64,000 bases of DNA from a virus (Duplodnaviria > Caudoviricetes). The stretch spans positions 35,535 to 99,534 of the IMG/VR virus record IMGVR_UViG_3300020151_001109; one strand, written 5' to 3'. The notes beneath the pieces are model-generated. The model saw only the letters and a program-made list of their open reading frames with translations. It did not search any database and had not been told where the DNA came from. The number at the start of each line of letters is the position of its first letter. The stretch's first letter is position 1. Made by a program: the position numbers and the translations under genes. This document shows positions 1 through 9,727 of the stretch, piece by piece.

Positions 1-46
1 AAACTCCTCAAAAGGGTGCCGTAAAGCCTAGTGAGGATTATTTCCT

Positions 47-643
47 ATGACAGCTAGTTTTTCTAAAAAAACCGCTAAAGCAGCTTTTAAAAAACACTAC
101 CCATATGAAGTAGTTTCTAACGTAAATGACTCAAAACTTTTAGCAAATGCGTTAAGTAATACAAGCCGGTACCAATATACCATGGAGGTTACGGTTGTTG
201 GTAACTCAGATATTAGGCCTTACGACCCCATTTATCTAGACAACCTTCCTAACGAGCTTTCTGGATATTGGACCGTGCTATCTGTATCCCACCAATTTAA
301 TGGTAGAAAAGGATATTACCTACTTGACCTAGTTGTTGGGGCAGAAACTCTCGGAGACGTTAATCCAAATGCGTATAAAGCAACTCAATACAGAGATGTA
401 GAGGGGGAGCTTTCTGGACAGTCGTTAACTGTGGCGGAGTCTCAACTAACCGAGATATCTCTTTCTCCCAACAGTTCTGAATTTCAAGATGTTGATTATG
501 ACGGAGTAGGCCCAAAAATAACTCAACCGTCAAACTCATTCTCTAACTTAGCTACTAATCCCTACCTAATCAAACCCCCATCACTTAAAGGCGTAAAAAA
601 TAAGGTGGCGTGGTCTGCAAAGAAGGGTAGTAAAATAATCTAA
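47..643 (+). CDS. Baseplate hub / late control D-like protein (C-terminal part of the fold)
   Basis: VVGNSDIRPYDPIYL..L...LSGYWTVLSVSHQF motif typical of gpD/hub C-termini; ATGA overlap with an upstream ORF ending at 50; directly precedes spike and gp25 genes. Confidence 0.6.
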   Translation: MTASFSKKTAKAAFKKHYPYEVVSNVNDSKLLANALSNTSRYQYTMEVTVVGNSDIRPYDPIYLDNLPNELSGYWTVLSVSHQFNGRKGYYLLDLVVGAETLGDVNPNAYKATQYRDVEGELSGQSLTVAESQLTEISLSPNSSEFQDVDYDGVGPKITQPSNSFSNLATNPYLIKPPSLKGVKNKVAWSAKKGSKII

Positions 644-1146
644 TGAATGATTACAGCAATAGTTCATATGGAGTAGATCCACTTGGACGCCCTAGATTTT
701 TTGGTGTGTACGTGGGCAAGGTGCTAGATATTGATGACCCACTAAAAAAAAGCCGTATTAAGATTTCTGTAAATCAACCTACAGGCGGGTCTAAAACCGG
801 GTGGGCTGAAGCTTGTCTGCCTGTAACTAGTAACGCAAACCACCCGGATCACAAAGAACATGCCGCCTCTGAAATTGCTGCCTTGTTAACTACGCAAGCT
901 GATAGCACAGGAAGTGGGGGCGGTTTAGACTCACACTCACATTCCATACCCGCATTAACTATTGTAGCCAAGTCTGGGGCAGCTTCTCTAGACCATGAGC
1001 GAAAAGTAACGTCAGATCCGCAAGAGACTAACATTACAGATGAACATACACCGCATAGACTTGTACCTAGAAAATATCAAGAAGTTTGGGTCATGTACGT
1101 TGCCGGAGACCCTGAATTCCCTATATGGATTGGAGTTAGAGCCTAA
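643..1146 (+). CDS. Baseplate spike Gp5/VgrG N-terminal OB-fold protein
   Basis: FGVYVGKV.DIDDP.K.SRIK...WAE...P...QEVWVMYVAGDPEFPIWIG is the Gp5-OB signature. Confidence 0.8.
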   Translation: MNDYSNSSYGVDPLGRPRFFGVYVGKVLDIDDPLKKSRIKISVNQPTGGSKTGWAEACLPVTSNANHPDHKEHAASEIAALLTTQADSTGSGGGLDSHSHSIPALTIVAKSGAASLDHERKVTSDPQETNITDEHTPHRLVPRKYQEVWVMYVAGDPEFPIWIGVRA

Positions 1147-1562
1147 TGCAAGCCATTGCCTACCCATATACCGTAGACGTTTCAGGTGAAGTTCTTTCCA
1201 CAACCTCTAATGGAAAAATTTACCTAGACCGTCTTGCTAATCTAATGAGCACACCCTTAGGTCAACGCCCGATGCTACAAAACTACGGGGTTGATTTAAA
1301 ACGAGCTTTATTTGAGAATGAATACATACACGACGGCGGTGAAGTTGTTTCTTTTAAAAAAGCTGTAGAACAGGCCGTAAGAGAAGCGATCAATACTTGG
1401 ATGAGAGAAGTTGAGATCCGACAAATTGAAATCCTTCCCCCATTAGAAAACGGAACTAGCGAGATTAAAGTTGTTATATTGGTTCCTGGGGATGAACAAG
1501 TTAGTTTAACTACATCAACGGCAATTTTTGGAAACGATGGGACGGTTAGTAATACACAATGA
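1146..1562 (+). CDS. Gp25/GPW-like baseplate wedge protein
   Basis: LMSTPLGQRPM..NYGV.L...LFE and AINTWMREVEI; canonical gene position. Confidence 0.85.
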   Translation: MQAIAYPYTVDVSGEVLSTTSNGKIYLDRLANLMSTPLGQRPMLQNYGVDLKRALFENEYIHDGGEVVSFKKAVEQAVREAINTWMREVEIRQIEILPPLENGTSEIKVVILVPGDEQVSLTTSTAIFGNDGTVSNTQ

Positions 1563-3106
1563 GCGAAATTCAAATTGACTATACTTCTAGAGACTACTCT
1601 GCACTTAAAAATGAGTTAGTCAACTTAGTTAACCTAAAGACGGGGGGTTCTTGGAACCCAACAGACCCCTCAGATCTTGGAAATGCGTTGCTAGAAGCTT
1701 TTGCATATATGGGTGACATTATGTCCTATTACATTGACCGTGTTGCTAATGAGACTCAAGTAGAAACAGCCGTAAAACTAGAAACTCTGTTAAATTTTGC
1801 ATCCCTATATGGCTACCGCCCGTCAGGTCCTACGCCAGCTACAGTGACAGTATCATTTACAAACGATAGTGATGCTCCTATAAGCTTGCCTGTTGGAACT
1901 CAAGTTATGGCTCCCCTTAACTACGGCCCATTCTCTCAAGCATACTTTGAAACTACACAGCCTTATACGGCTATTGCCCCAAATGCAACAGTAAACGTAG
2001 TTTGTGTTGAAGGAAAGACTGTAAACACAGACAAAGAAGACTATATCGATCCCGTATACCATAAGCCTTTGCCGTCTAGTATTGGAACCTCTACCGGAAG
2101 CGCAAACCAATCTTTCCAAATTCTTGAAAGCGGAATTATTGACGCCTCTCTTGTTGTCTACGTAGGTCAGGGTGTGGCGTTCGCTCCTTGGCAATATGTT
2201 GATAACCTTGTAGAGTATGGCCCAAATGACCTAGTATTTACGGCAAATCAAAATACAGATGGAACTCTAAACGTATTATTTGGTGACGGCATTAACGGAT
2301 CTATACCTCCTGCTTCACAAGCAATTAGTGCTACTTACAAAATTAGCGTAGGTCGTTATGGAAATGTTATTTCCGGTGCGGTAAGTGAAGTCTCATTTAT
2401 TCCTGGAAATATTGATCCGGAAGCAATTTCATTCTTTACTGTAAATAACTCTGCCGCTGCAACTGGTGGGGCAGACGCGGACAGCCAAACTCAGATTAGA
2501 TCAAAAATTAAAGGCGCAATTATTTCACGAAATCGTGCCGTAACTCTAGATGACTACAGATATCTATCATCTTTAGTTCCTCTTGTAGGAAAAACAAACT
2601 CTGCTTCTGCAGTGTATTCCTTAGTTAATGTATACCTTCAAGTACAAAATGACGGAAGCGCTACCCCGGGAATTATTTCAGGTTCAGTAACCCCTTCTTG
2701 GACAAGCCTTAAGCGAGATGTAGAGCAGTACATGAGTGATAAGGTTCCTGTAGGCGTAACCCTAAACGTGTTGCCTCCTCAATACATGCCATTACGACTA
2801 GCGGTCACTGTGCTTATAAAAGATACATATAAGAGAAGTACCGCACAGCTAGACGTCTACAAGGCACTTCTTGCCGGAGATACTGGTCTTTTTTCTTATG
2901 AAAAAAATACCTTTGGTAGAAAAATACCACTTTCATCAATAATTTCTGTGTTATCTCCATTAACTGGGGTAACTTCAGTATCTATAACAAAGTTAAACGT
3001 TGATGGCGGGGCATCTGCTCTAGACATCTCCCTAGAGCCAAATCAAATTCCGTACCTAATTCCAGCTAACCTGGAAATTACGGTATCTGGCGGAATCAAC
3101 ATATAA
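1559..3106 (+). CDS. Baseplate J / T4 gp6-like wedge protein
   Basis: IDYTSRDY, SYYIDRVANE, FGDGINGSIP, GGADADS, NRAVTLDDY motifs. Confidence 0.9.
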   Translation: MSEIQIDYTSRDYSALKNELVNLVNLKTGGSWNPTDPSDLGNALLEAFAYMGDIMSYYIDRVANETQVETAVKLETLLNFASLYGYRPSGPTPATVTVSFTNDSDAPISLPVGTQVMAPLNYGPFSQAYFETTQPYTAIAPNATVNVVCVEGKTVNTDKEDYIDPVYHKPLPSSIGTSTGSANQSFQILESGIIDASLVVYVGQGVAFAPWQYVDNLVEYGPNDLVFTANQNTDGTLNVLFGDGINGSIPPASQAISATYKISVGRYGNVISGAVSEVSFIPGNIDPEAISFFTVNNSAAATGGADADSQTQIRSKIKGAIISRNRAVTLDDYRYLSSLVPLVGKTNSASAVYSLVNVYLQVQNDGSATPGIISGSVTPSWTSLKRDVEQYMSDKVPVGVTLNVLPPQYMPLRLAVTVLIKDTYKRSTAQLDVYKALLAGDTGLFSYEKNTFGRKIPLSSIISVLSPLTGVTSVSITKLNVDGGASALDISLEPNQIPYLIPANLEITVSGGINI

Positions 3107-3122
3107 AGAGATAGGTGAAAAA

Positions 3123-3686
3123 ATGACCGCTTCCTTCCCGTCCTCCGTACGCCAACTACAGGCTAAAATTGATATTCAAGATACAGTTTTAGCGGATCAC
3201 ATTAACGTAATCCAAGATGAAGTACGCGCTATTGAAACCTCTCTTGGTGCTTCAGTCAATGACACCAGTATTTTGGTCTCTAACTACTCCGGAACATTTG
3301 TTCAGGACATTAACTGGAACTCTTTGGGTGCTCGATTAAAGAATATTGAAGCTGGCCTAGTAAACGGAACAGGAAGCTCCGCAAACTACGTGGCTAAAAC
3401 AGGAGATAACATTTCTCCTATTGCCGGAAGAACTGGCTTAACCATAACAGCCCGCACTGGAAACTTATTTAATCTATTTGAAACTAGGGATTCATCAACC
3501 GCTCTAGGATTTAACGTAGATAATACAGGTAAGCCTAAAGTTGGAACTTTAAATGTTCTTTATGTAAGCAGCACGGACTATGTTACACTAACTAACTCTA
3601 TTACTGCTGCGGCAGCTCAAGCCGCAACAGCTACAGCAATAGCTAACGCGGCGTCAATTAGCCCATTCTTATTTGCGGGGATGTAA
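3123..3686 (+). CDS. Small tail/baseplate structural protein
   Basis: VLADHINVIQDEVRAIET motif, ISPFLFAGM C-terminus, tail-module context. Confidence 0.6.
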   Translation: MTASFPSSVRQLQAKIDIQDTVLADHINVIQDEVRAIETSLGASVNDTSILVSNYSGTFVQDINWNSLGARLKNIEAGLVNGTGSSANYVAKTGDNISPIAGRTGLTITARTGNLFNLFETRDSSTALGFNVDNTGKPKVGTLNVLYVSSTDYVTLTNSITAAAAQAATATAIANAASISPFLFAGM

Positions 3687-3695
3687 ATTTAAAAC

Positions 3696-6600
3696 ATGGC
3701 AAAATATAGTATTGCGACGTATGGTGTATCGAAATACGGCGAGCGTGAAGTAAGCAGAACTTACTACGCCTCTGGTATTAGATCCTGGTCGTACAACTTT
3801 AACTCTATCTCTATAGCTTGGGGATCAATTACCCCTTCTCCAGAGGATTCTGAGCCTACCCACTGGAGGCTTGTAAGAGGTTTTTCTGGTGTTCCTGACA
3901 CCCCATTTGACGGAATTTATTTGGATGGAGACGTAATCTCTGCTTTTAGAACTACGTATATTGACAACGACGTATCAACAGAAAATAGAGAAGTTAACTA
4001 TTCAATTTGGGTTTTTGGCGCAAATGCAATAACAGGTGTAAAACGTTGGATTTTTTGCGGAGATACCGACATAATTGTAACGCAACAAACAGATACCCTA
4101 TCTAAATTAATTAACTGGCTTCCTCGTATTTGGTTTAATACTGTTAATGGTGTTGGAGACGCTGTTGGAGAAGCGGAAACAAATGATCTTTCTAGGACTC
4201 TGTCAGCGTACACATTTATGTATGACAAGCTTAATGCTGAAGCAGAACTAATATCTAAGGCATCTTCAAATATAATACCTAGCGCCTTGCTAGAGTCTCA
4301 AGTTTTAGATTTAGGGTTTAATTACGAGCCCGCACTAGGGGACAGCTACCACAGATCTCTTTATAGAGCAGGAAACGTAATTAATTCTGTCAAGGGAACA
4401 AAGGGCGCAGTTTCCGGTTATATTACCGGCCTTACTCACCTAAGCTCTAAAATTAAACTTGGTCACAACCTTATGCTAGATTACAATGATTCTTCTTTTG
4501 AGGAATCTACGGGTCGTTGGCACATTACCCGCGGAACTAAGGCAACAGTAAAATTTGCTACATCAGCAGCAACTCTGGGCACAGCTATTACTCCTCCTAA
4601 AGCTTGGGTAAATGATTCTTTGTATCCACCAAAAGAATCTGGATTTGGTGTGTTTACTGTTTCTGAAAGTACGTCTACAGTCTCACCCGCTACACTTCAA
4701 TTACCTATTGCTAATGCCAATATGCCGCTTTTAGGCATACCGGTTGAGGGAAACAAAGAATACCTATATACCGGTTGGTTTAGGCAAATTGACGGTAATG
4801 CGTTTACCCTCTCTGTAAAAATTAACTGGTGGAACTACTTAGGAGAAACCCTAAGTTCTACAACCCTAACCTCCCCAATCACATCTTCAAACTCTTGGCA
4901 GGAATTTACTTCAGGATCTTCTGCCGGAAGACTTGGGCGCGTTTCCCCCCTAGATGCGGCGTATGCCTCTATAGAGCTATTAATAACTCCTAGTACGCTT
5001 TCTGAAACAAAAGTTCTTCTAGATAAAACACAATTTTCTGAGTCTAAATACAGCTTAGCTTTTGAAGACGCTAAACAAGTAAATGTATATGTACAGGGTT
5101 CTAAAGAAAATCTAATTCCAAACCCGTCATTTGAAGATGGGGTGGGGGGTTGGTTGTCCTCAACTAACTCAAACTTTATTTCTAAGTCTTTTGTTTCGTC
5201 TAATGCTATCTTTTTTGGATCATCTGTTGGTGCCCTTACAGCCTTAAACTCCTCGCAAATGTACGTTTCCAGCGACTGGATTGAAGCAGACCCCGGACAA
5301 AACTATACCTTTAGTGCCTATGTCAGTACTGACTCAACAATTATTAACAAAGCAATAATTAAACTAGAGTTTTCAAATAGAGAGTCTATCGAACAGCAAA
5401 CCTTAATTTTAAGTGACACTGATGGGGAATATTATGACTCAACTATATACGCAGTACAGTCTGCTGAAACAGCTTTAACAAATACCCTAGTAAGTTCGCA
5501 AAGAGTACCTACTAGAACAAGGATCTCTATATCTGCTATTGCCCCCGCATATACTAGAGACTCGGGTAATCCTGTAGTAAAAGTGTCTTTTATATTCCCA
5601 ACCTGTGCTGCTGGTGAGTCTGCGTATATTGACTCATGTTTACTACAGCCAACTGCCCTTTCGCTCCCATTTTTTGATGGATCTAGCGCCCCAGTATCAA
5701 GCACGCCGGTTACTCAACCTTACTTCTTTCCTGGCGACTGTTTGTGGGAATACAAGGATGTATATAACTTTATTCAAGAACCTTCTTTTGAAACCATCTC
5801 AACTTGGACAGCTAATGTGGGCACATTAACTATGGACTCAACGTCAGGAACAACCCTGGTGCCTGTAAAGAATTCTAATGGCACATTGGGAACCCCAACA
5901 AACGGAACTTACACAGCAAAATACGGATCTAAAATGGGTAAGTTGACCTATGTTGCCGCAACTGGTGGAAACATATCTACTACCGTTGTTCTTCCATCCC
6001 CTGCAAAAGGTGGAGAAGACTTCGTTGTATCTGCCTATGTTCGTGCAGCTGAGGGATCCTATACACTTACTGTAGGAAGCAGCACATTCCAATCAGTTAC
6101 AAGAGTTTCTGATAAAGATAAATATCAGTGGACTAGAATCTCTGCTGTAAAACAATTAGCAGTAGGAGAAACAACTTTTACTGTAACTATTAAAATTGAT
6201 CCCCCTTCTGCGGGATATGTGGGGACCCCAACTACGTTCTTCCATATTGACGGAGTTCAGGCTGAGTATGGAAAAATCCCAAGTGTTTATATTAACCCAG
6301 CTTCTACAACCAGCTCTGTAGTTCCTATATCAGGCAGCTCTAACACCTATCTTGTAGATAGAGTTTTAAACTCTAATGCTAGCCGTAGCTCTTATTTTCC
6401 TAACTATGAGGTTAAGTTTTCTAGACTTCGTAACTCACTTGCGTTAGTAATGCCTCACGGTAGCAGCTGGGCTGTTAAGCCTGGATTGGAGTCTGGTGAG
6501 TACCCTGAGTTAATTGAGTCTTTAATTCCGTCAGCTTCTTTTGAAAATAACCTAGATAAGTGGGTTCCAGAAAACTCATCTCTTATTAGAAAAACATCTA

Positions 6601-7070
6601 AGGGGTCTCTATTTGGGGATCAGATTACTCATGGAACATCTTGGTGTGAAGTAACTACCTCAGGAACATCTAATGCAACCAAGGTGTTTGGCTTAACTTC
6701 TGGAACTGTCCCAGTAGTTTCTGGTCAGGGATACTACGCATCTATTGCTATTAAACCAAAGAATGCCGCCTCTGCTGGAACTTACAAACTTAAAGCAACT
6801 TTTTATACACCTACGGGATCTATCTTGCCGGTCCTAATTCAAGATCCTGCATTTCCTAGCGATCCTACAAAGGTACTTGACGTAACAGCTCAGTACATGG
6901 AAAAGTCAGTTACGGTAACCAGAACTGATCGATGGGCTTACATATCAAATACCTTCCCATCTTTGGCTACTTTAAACGCCGCTTCGGCAAAATTGACAAT
7001 TACATTTATACCGAGTACCTTTGATGCAACCCAAAGTTTTAACATCGATAGGGTTGTATTTAGAGAGTAG
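3696..7070 (+). CDS. Tail protein with gpI-like segment and repeated carbohydrate-binding (CBM4_9-like) modules
   Basis: KGT motif after LGFNY; repeated NL(I/M)..PSFE....W units and YTFSAYV / DGVQAE motifs. Confidence 0.7.
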   Translation: MAKYSIATYGVSKYGEREVSRTYYASGIRSWSYNFNSISIAWGSITPSPEDSEPTHWRLVRGFSGVPDTPFDGIYLDGDVISAFRTTYIDNDVSTENREVNYSIWVFGANAITGVKRWIFCGDTDIIVTQQTDTLSKLINWLPRIWFNTVNGVGDAVGEAETNDLSRTLSAYTFMYDKLNAEAELISKASSNIIPSALLESQVLDLGFNYEPALGDSYHRSLYRAGNVINSVKGTKGAVSGYITGLTHLSSKIKLGHNLMLDYNDSSFEESTGRWHITRGTKATVKFATSAATLGTAITPPKAWVNDSLYPPKESGFGVFTVSESTSTVSPATLQLPIANANMPLLGIPVEGNKEYLYTGWFRQIDGNAFTLSVKINWWNYLGETLSSTTLTSPITSSNSWQEFTSGSSAGRLGRVSPLDAAYASIELLITPSTLSETKVLLDKTQFSESKYSLAFEDAKQVNVYVQGSKENLIPNPSFEDGVGGWLSSTNSNFISKSFVSSNAIFFGSSVGALTALNSSQMYVSSDWIEADPGQNYTFSAYVSTDSTIINKAIIKLEFSNRESIEQQTLILSDTDGEYYDSTIYAVQSAETALTNTLVSSQRVPTRTRISISAIAPAYTRDSGNPVVKVSFIFPTCAAGESAYIDSCLLQPTALSLPFFDGSSAPVSSTPVTQPYFFPGDCLWEYKDVYNFIQEPSFETISTWTANVGTLTMDSTSGTTLVPVKNSNGTLGTPTNGTYTAKYGSKMGKLTYVAATGGNISTTVVLPSPAKGGEDFVVSAYVRAAEGSYTLTVGSSTFQSVTRVSDKDKYQWTRISAVKQLAVGETTFTVTIKIDPPSAGYVGTPTTFFHIDGVQAEYGKIPSVYINPASTTSSVVPISGSSNTYLVDRVLNSNASRSSYFPNYEVKFSRLRNSLALVMPHGSSWAVKPGLESGEYPELIESLIPSASFENNLDKWVPENSSLIRKTSKGSLFGDQITHGTSWCEVTTSGTSNATKVFGLTSGTVPVVSGQGYYASIAIKPKNAASAGTYKLKATFYTPTGSILPVLIQDPAFPSDPTKVLDVTAQYMEKSVTVTRTDRWAYISNTFPSLATLNAASAKLTITFIPSTFDATQSFNIDRVVFRE

Positions 7071-7079
7071 GATAGTTAT

Positions 7080-7355
7080 ATGACAACAGTTTTTATTGCT
7101 TCACTTGCTGTTGCGTGTGTTTTGTCTGCCGTAGAGAGTTTAATACTATCTATAGGTAAATGGAGAGGTTTATTAGCTTTAGCCCTTTCTGTCCCTTTTT
7201 GTCTACTTTTAGGTTCTAGCCTGCAAGTTCTGCTCGTCTATTCTTTGGCGGCAACTTTTTTGGGTTTGACAATGTCAATAGTCGTAGAGCAAACTTTCAC
7301 CGGAATATCAGTTCGAGAATTTAGGGGACTACCCCAAAAGGTTGATAAGATCTAA
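7080..7355 (+). CDS. Small membrane protein
   Basis: Three hydrophobic segments. Confidence 0.6.
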   Translation: MTTVFIASLAVACVLSAVESLILSIGKWRGLLALALSVPFCLLLGSSLQVLLVYSLAATFLGLTMSIVVEQTFTGISVREFRGLPQKVDKI

Positions 7356-7374
7356 AAATTAAGAAAGAGGGCAA

Positions 7375-8328
7375 ATGCACGCACCAAATACAAACCCACA
7401 CCTGTCGGGATTAGCCAGGGCTACGTGGATGTTATTTGCCACTGTGGGAAGAGTTATGTCTTCTAGTGAGATTCAAGAAGGCAACTACATGAACGAGGGC
7501 CGAGACGCAATCAGATCGGCTATGACCGAGCTTAAACGCGCCGGATATATAAAGGCCGTGAAAGAGCAGACATCTAACGGTCGATGGGTTACGTCCCTTA
7601 AATTTACGGAGATTGGTAAAAAGTACGTCGACTTATTTAACTGGAATTACCAGCCAGTACCGACGCCTGATTTACCGACGCCTGGAATACCGTACGTCGG
7701 TGAACCAGTCACTACTAGTAGTAAGTCATTAGAGAGCTATAAAGAATTAGAATTACTACGTAATTCTAATCAATCGGGTGCCCCGATAACCAAGGAGGTT
7801 GAAATGGGTTGGCCAATTCTGGAAGAAGGCGAAGAGCCTAAGAAGAAAAAGCGTGGCTTTGTAGAAGACTCAGATTCTGGTGCTGTTGGAAAGATCCAGG
7901 ATAAGCAGGCTAAGATTAACTTGAAGTACAAAGCAACAACCTTTGAAGCCGTCCCGGCATCTATGCGCAGATATGAACGCCTAGAAGACAACTGGACTAC
8001 AGATGATTTGATTGCTGAGTTCTACGACAAGATCCGCGAACACTGTCCCGGCACTCCAGGACAAGTCAACGGCAAATCTTTAATTAGCTGGATGAATAAA
8101 CTTGTGGGCCAGGGAGTTCACAGAACTTCAATCCTAAAAGGGATCCGTATGTTCTTTGCTGATCCTAGAAATTTACACAACTCCGGAATAGGAACACCAA
8201 TGTGGCGTCGCTTCATTGCCTACTACCCAACAATCCACGGGTTGACAACAAAGTCTGAGGTCGAGTATGTTGACGACAACTTCTTGGCACACCAAGAAAA
8301 AATGTTAAAACTACTTGGAGGCAACTAA
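7375..8328 (+). CDS. Putative replication initiator (N-terminal winged HTH)
   Basis: EGRDAIRSAMTELKRAGYI wHTH motif; coupled to a DnaC-like loader; internal iteron-like repeats. Confidence 0.65.
   Translation: MHAPNTNPHLSGLARATWMLFATVGRVMSSSEIQEGNYMNEGRDAIRSAMTELKRAGYIKAVKEQTSNGRWVTSLKFTEIGKKYVDLFNWNYQPVPTPDLPTPGIPYVGEPVTTSSKSLESYKELELLRNSNQSGAPITKEVEMGWPILEEGEEPKKKKRGFVEDSDSGAVGKIQDKQAKINLKYKATTFEAVPASMRRYERLEDNWTTDDLIAEFYDKIREHCPGTPGQVNGKSLISWMNKLVGQGVHRTSILKGIRMFFADPRNLHNSGIGTPMWRRFIAYYPTIHGLTTKSEVEYVDDNFLAHQEKMLKLLGGN
7658..7722. repeat. Iteron-like repeats (TACCGACGCCTG x2 plus a degenerate third copy) and palindrome ACTACTAGTAGT
   Basis: Exact 12-mers at 7658-7669 and 7673-7684; TACCGTACGTCGGT at 7688-7701; AT-rich tract downstream. 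Confidence 0.55.
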
Positions 8329-9017
8329 TGTACGACCTTAGCCAAGAACGCCCAAGCACTAGAAGTCGGCTCACACGTTCAGGTGTCCCAGTAAAAACCC
8401 TGGGTATGGAATTTTCAGATCTAGACGATTCTGATACCAAAACCCAAGTCATGGCTTGGACGGAGTCAGTTCTATCTGGAAAGGTCATTAGAACCCCTGG
8501 ATCCCCGATTTGCGGCCTTGGCATCCTTTTAGTAGGTAAACCGGGTCACGGGAAGACCACCATAGCCTCTGTGGCCCTTCAAAGCCTTATTAGGGGTATC
8601 CCCGATCGTTTATACGGTCCAACGGAAGCCCTGCCTCCACGCCTAGGGGCTTTTATGGACTATCCAAAGCTTTTGCGTACTCAGAAGGCTCAGTTCAATG
8701 AGGAGAACGACTCTGACCAGCGAGAGATCGATGCAATCTTTGGAGACCTAAGCGCTACCGAGAACCTACAGCTGTTTGTGTTGGACGACATTGGCAAGGA
8801 ATACCGGACCGCTACAGGCTGGGCCGAGAATACATTTGACGCCCTGCTACGTTCCCGGTTTAATTCTGGCTTACCAACCATCATTACAACAAACGTCCCG
8901 ACGAAAGATTGGGAAACTGTGTATGGTGAGCCTATGTCCAGTTTTATACACGAAGCATTTATACCATTAGTCGTAAATGCTCCAAAAGGAGATCGGAGAA
9001 GAAATGAAAAAGAATAA
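8328..9017 (+). CDS. DnaC/IstB-like helicase loader ATPase
   Basis: Walker A GKPGHGKT, Walker B LFVLDDIGKE, LLRSRFNSGLPTIITTN. Confidence 0.9.
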   Translation: MYDLSQERPSTRSRLTRSGVPVKTLGMEFSDLDDSDTKTQVMAWTESVLSGKVIRTPGSPICGLGILLVGKPGHGKTTIASVALQSLIRGIPDRLYGPTEALPPRLGAFMDYPKLLRTQKAQFNEENDSDQREIDAIFGDLSATENLQLFVLDDIGKEYRTATGWAENTFDALLRSRFNSGLPTIITTNVPTKDWETVYGEPMSSFIHEAFIPLVVNAPKGDRRRNEKE

Positions 9018-9312
9018 CTTTAGAAAGTCACAACTTCCGGGTTGGAAAACAATACAGTTTTTTATCTTTAGCTCAGGAGTAAGCGAAGTTCAGATCTTTA
9101 CTGACTCTAGCCTTAGATGTTCTTGTGATGGGTTTGAGACCAGAGGATTTTGTAGGCACGTAAACTGGTGCAAGTCACGCCTTAGTGATGGCATGTACCC
9201 GATAGAGATTACTTCTAAAGTAATTCCCAGAGAAGAAATTGATGCGGCTGAGGTTTCAGTAGACGCGTTTAGAGAATTAATTTTGAAATACGGAAAACCT
9301 TTGGTATTGTAA
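9004..9312 (+). CDS. SWIM-type zinc finger protein
   Basis: CSCDGF..RGFCRH; ATG at 9004 preferred over track start. Confidence 0.65.
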   Translation: MKKNNFRKSQLPGWKTIQFFIFSSGVSEVQIFTDSSLRCSCDGFETRGFCRHVNWCKSRLSDGMYPIEITSKVIPREEIDAAEVSVDAFRELILKYGKPLVL

Positions 9313-9316
9313 TGAT

Positions 9317-9727
9317 ATGCAAAAAGGAGACATATCTAACGAAGTACCACTTCGTGTAGTAGTAACTCTTGATTGCATCTTAAATAAAAGACCAGCTGTA
9401 AAGAAAACCTTAGCTGGTTTAATTACTCTCCACACAGAAGAAGTTACTTATAATCGAGTAGCGTTATCTTTATTCTGGAGATTTGCTCAGAAAAATGATT
9501 TCAGTATGGAACTTGTGGGTTTTGGATACACAAGAAAAGAAATGAAAGAAATCATGGAGGATCTAGATAATCTAGGTACTAATCCGTTTAACTATACAAA
9601 TAGTTATCCTGTAGTGGCGGACCTAGTTGGAGAACTCCCATATAGACCAGAGCTTAAATATGTGGTAGACATACCTAGTAGAAGCCTTAGATACGGCGGG
9701 AAATATTTAGATATGGGGAGAATGTAA
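9317..9727 (+). CDS. Hypothetical protein (possible degenerate HAD-like fold)
   Basis: Coupled to dnaB; VVVTLDCIL resembles HAD motif I without the first Asp. Confidence 0.5.
   Translation: MQKGDISNEVPLRVVVTLDCILNKRPAVKKTLAGLITLHTEEVTYNRVALSLFWRFAQKNDFSMELVGFGYTRKEMKEIMEDLDNLGTNPFNYTNSYPVVADLVGELPYRPELKYVVDIPSRSLRYGGKYLDMGRM

Noticed and set aside
2000-2010. Additional copy of the CAACACAAACA motif
   Set aside because: Only a 10-nt core match inside a structural gene; may be chance. The exact copy at 8773 also coincides with Walker B codons and is antisense, so it may be incidental too
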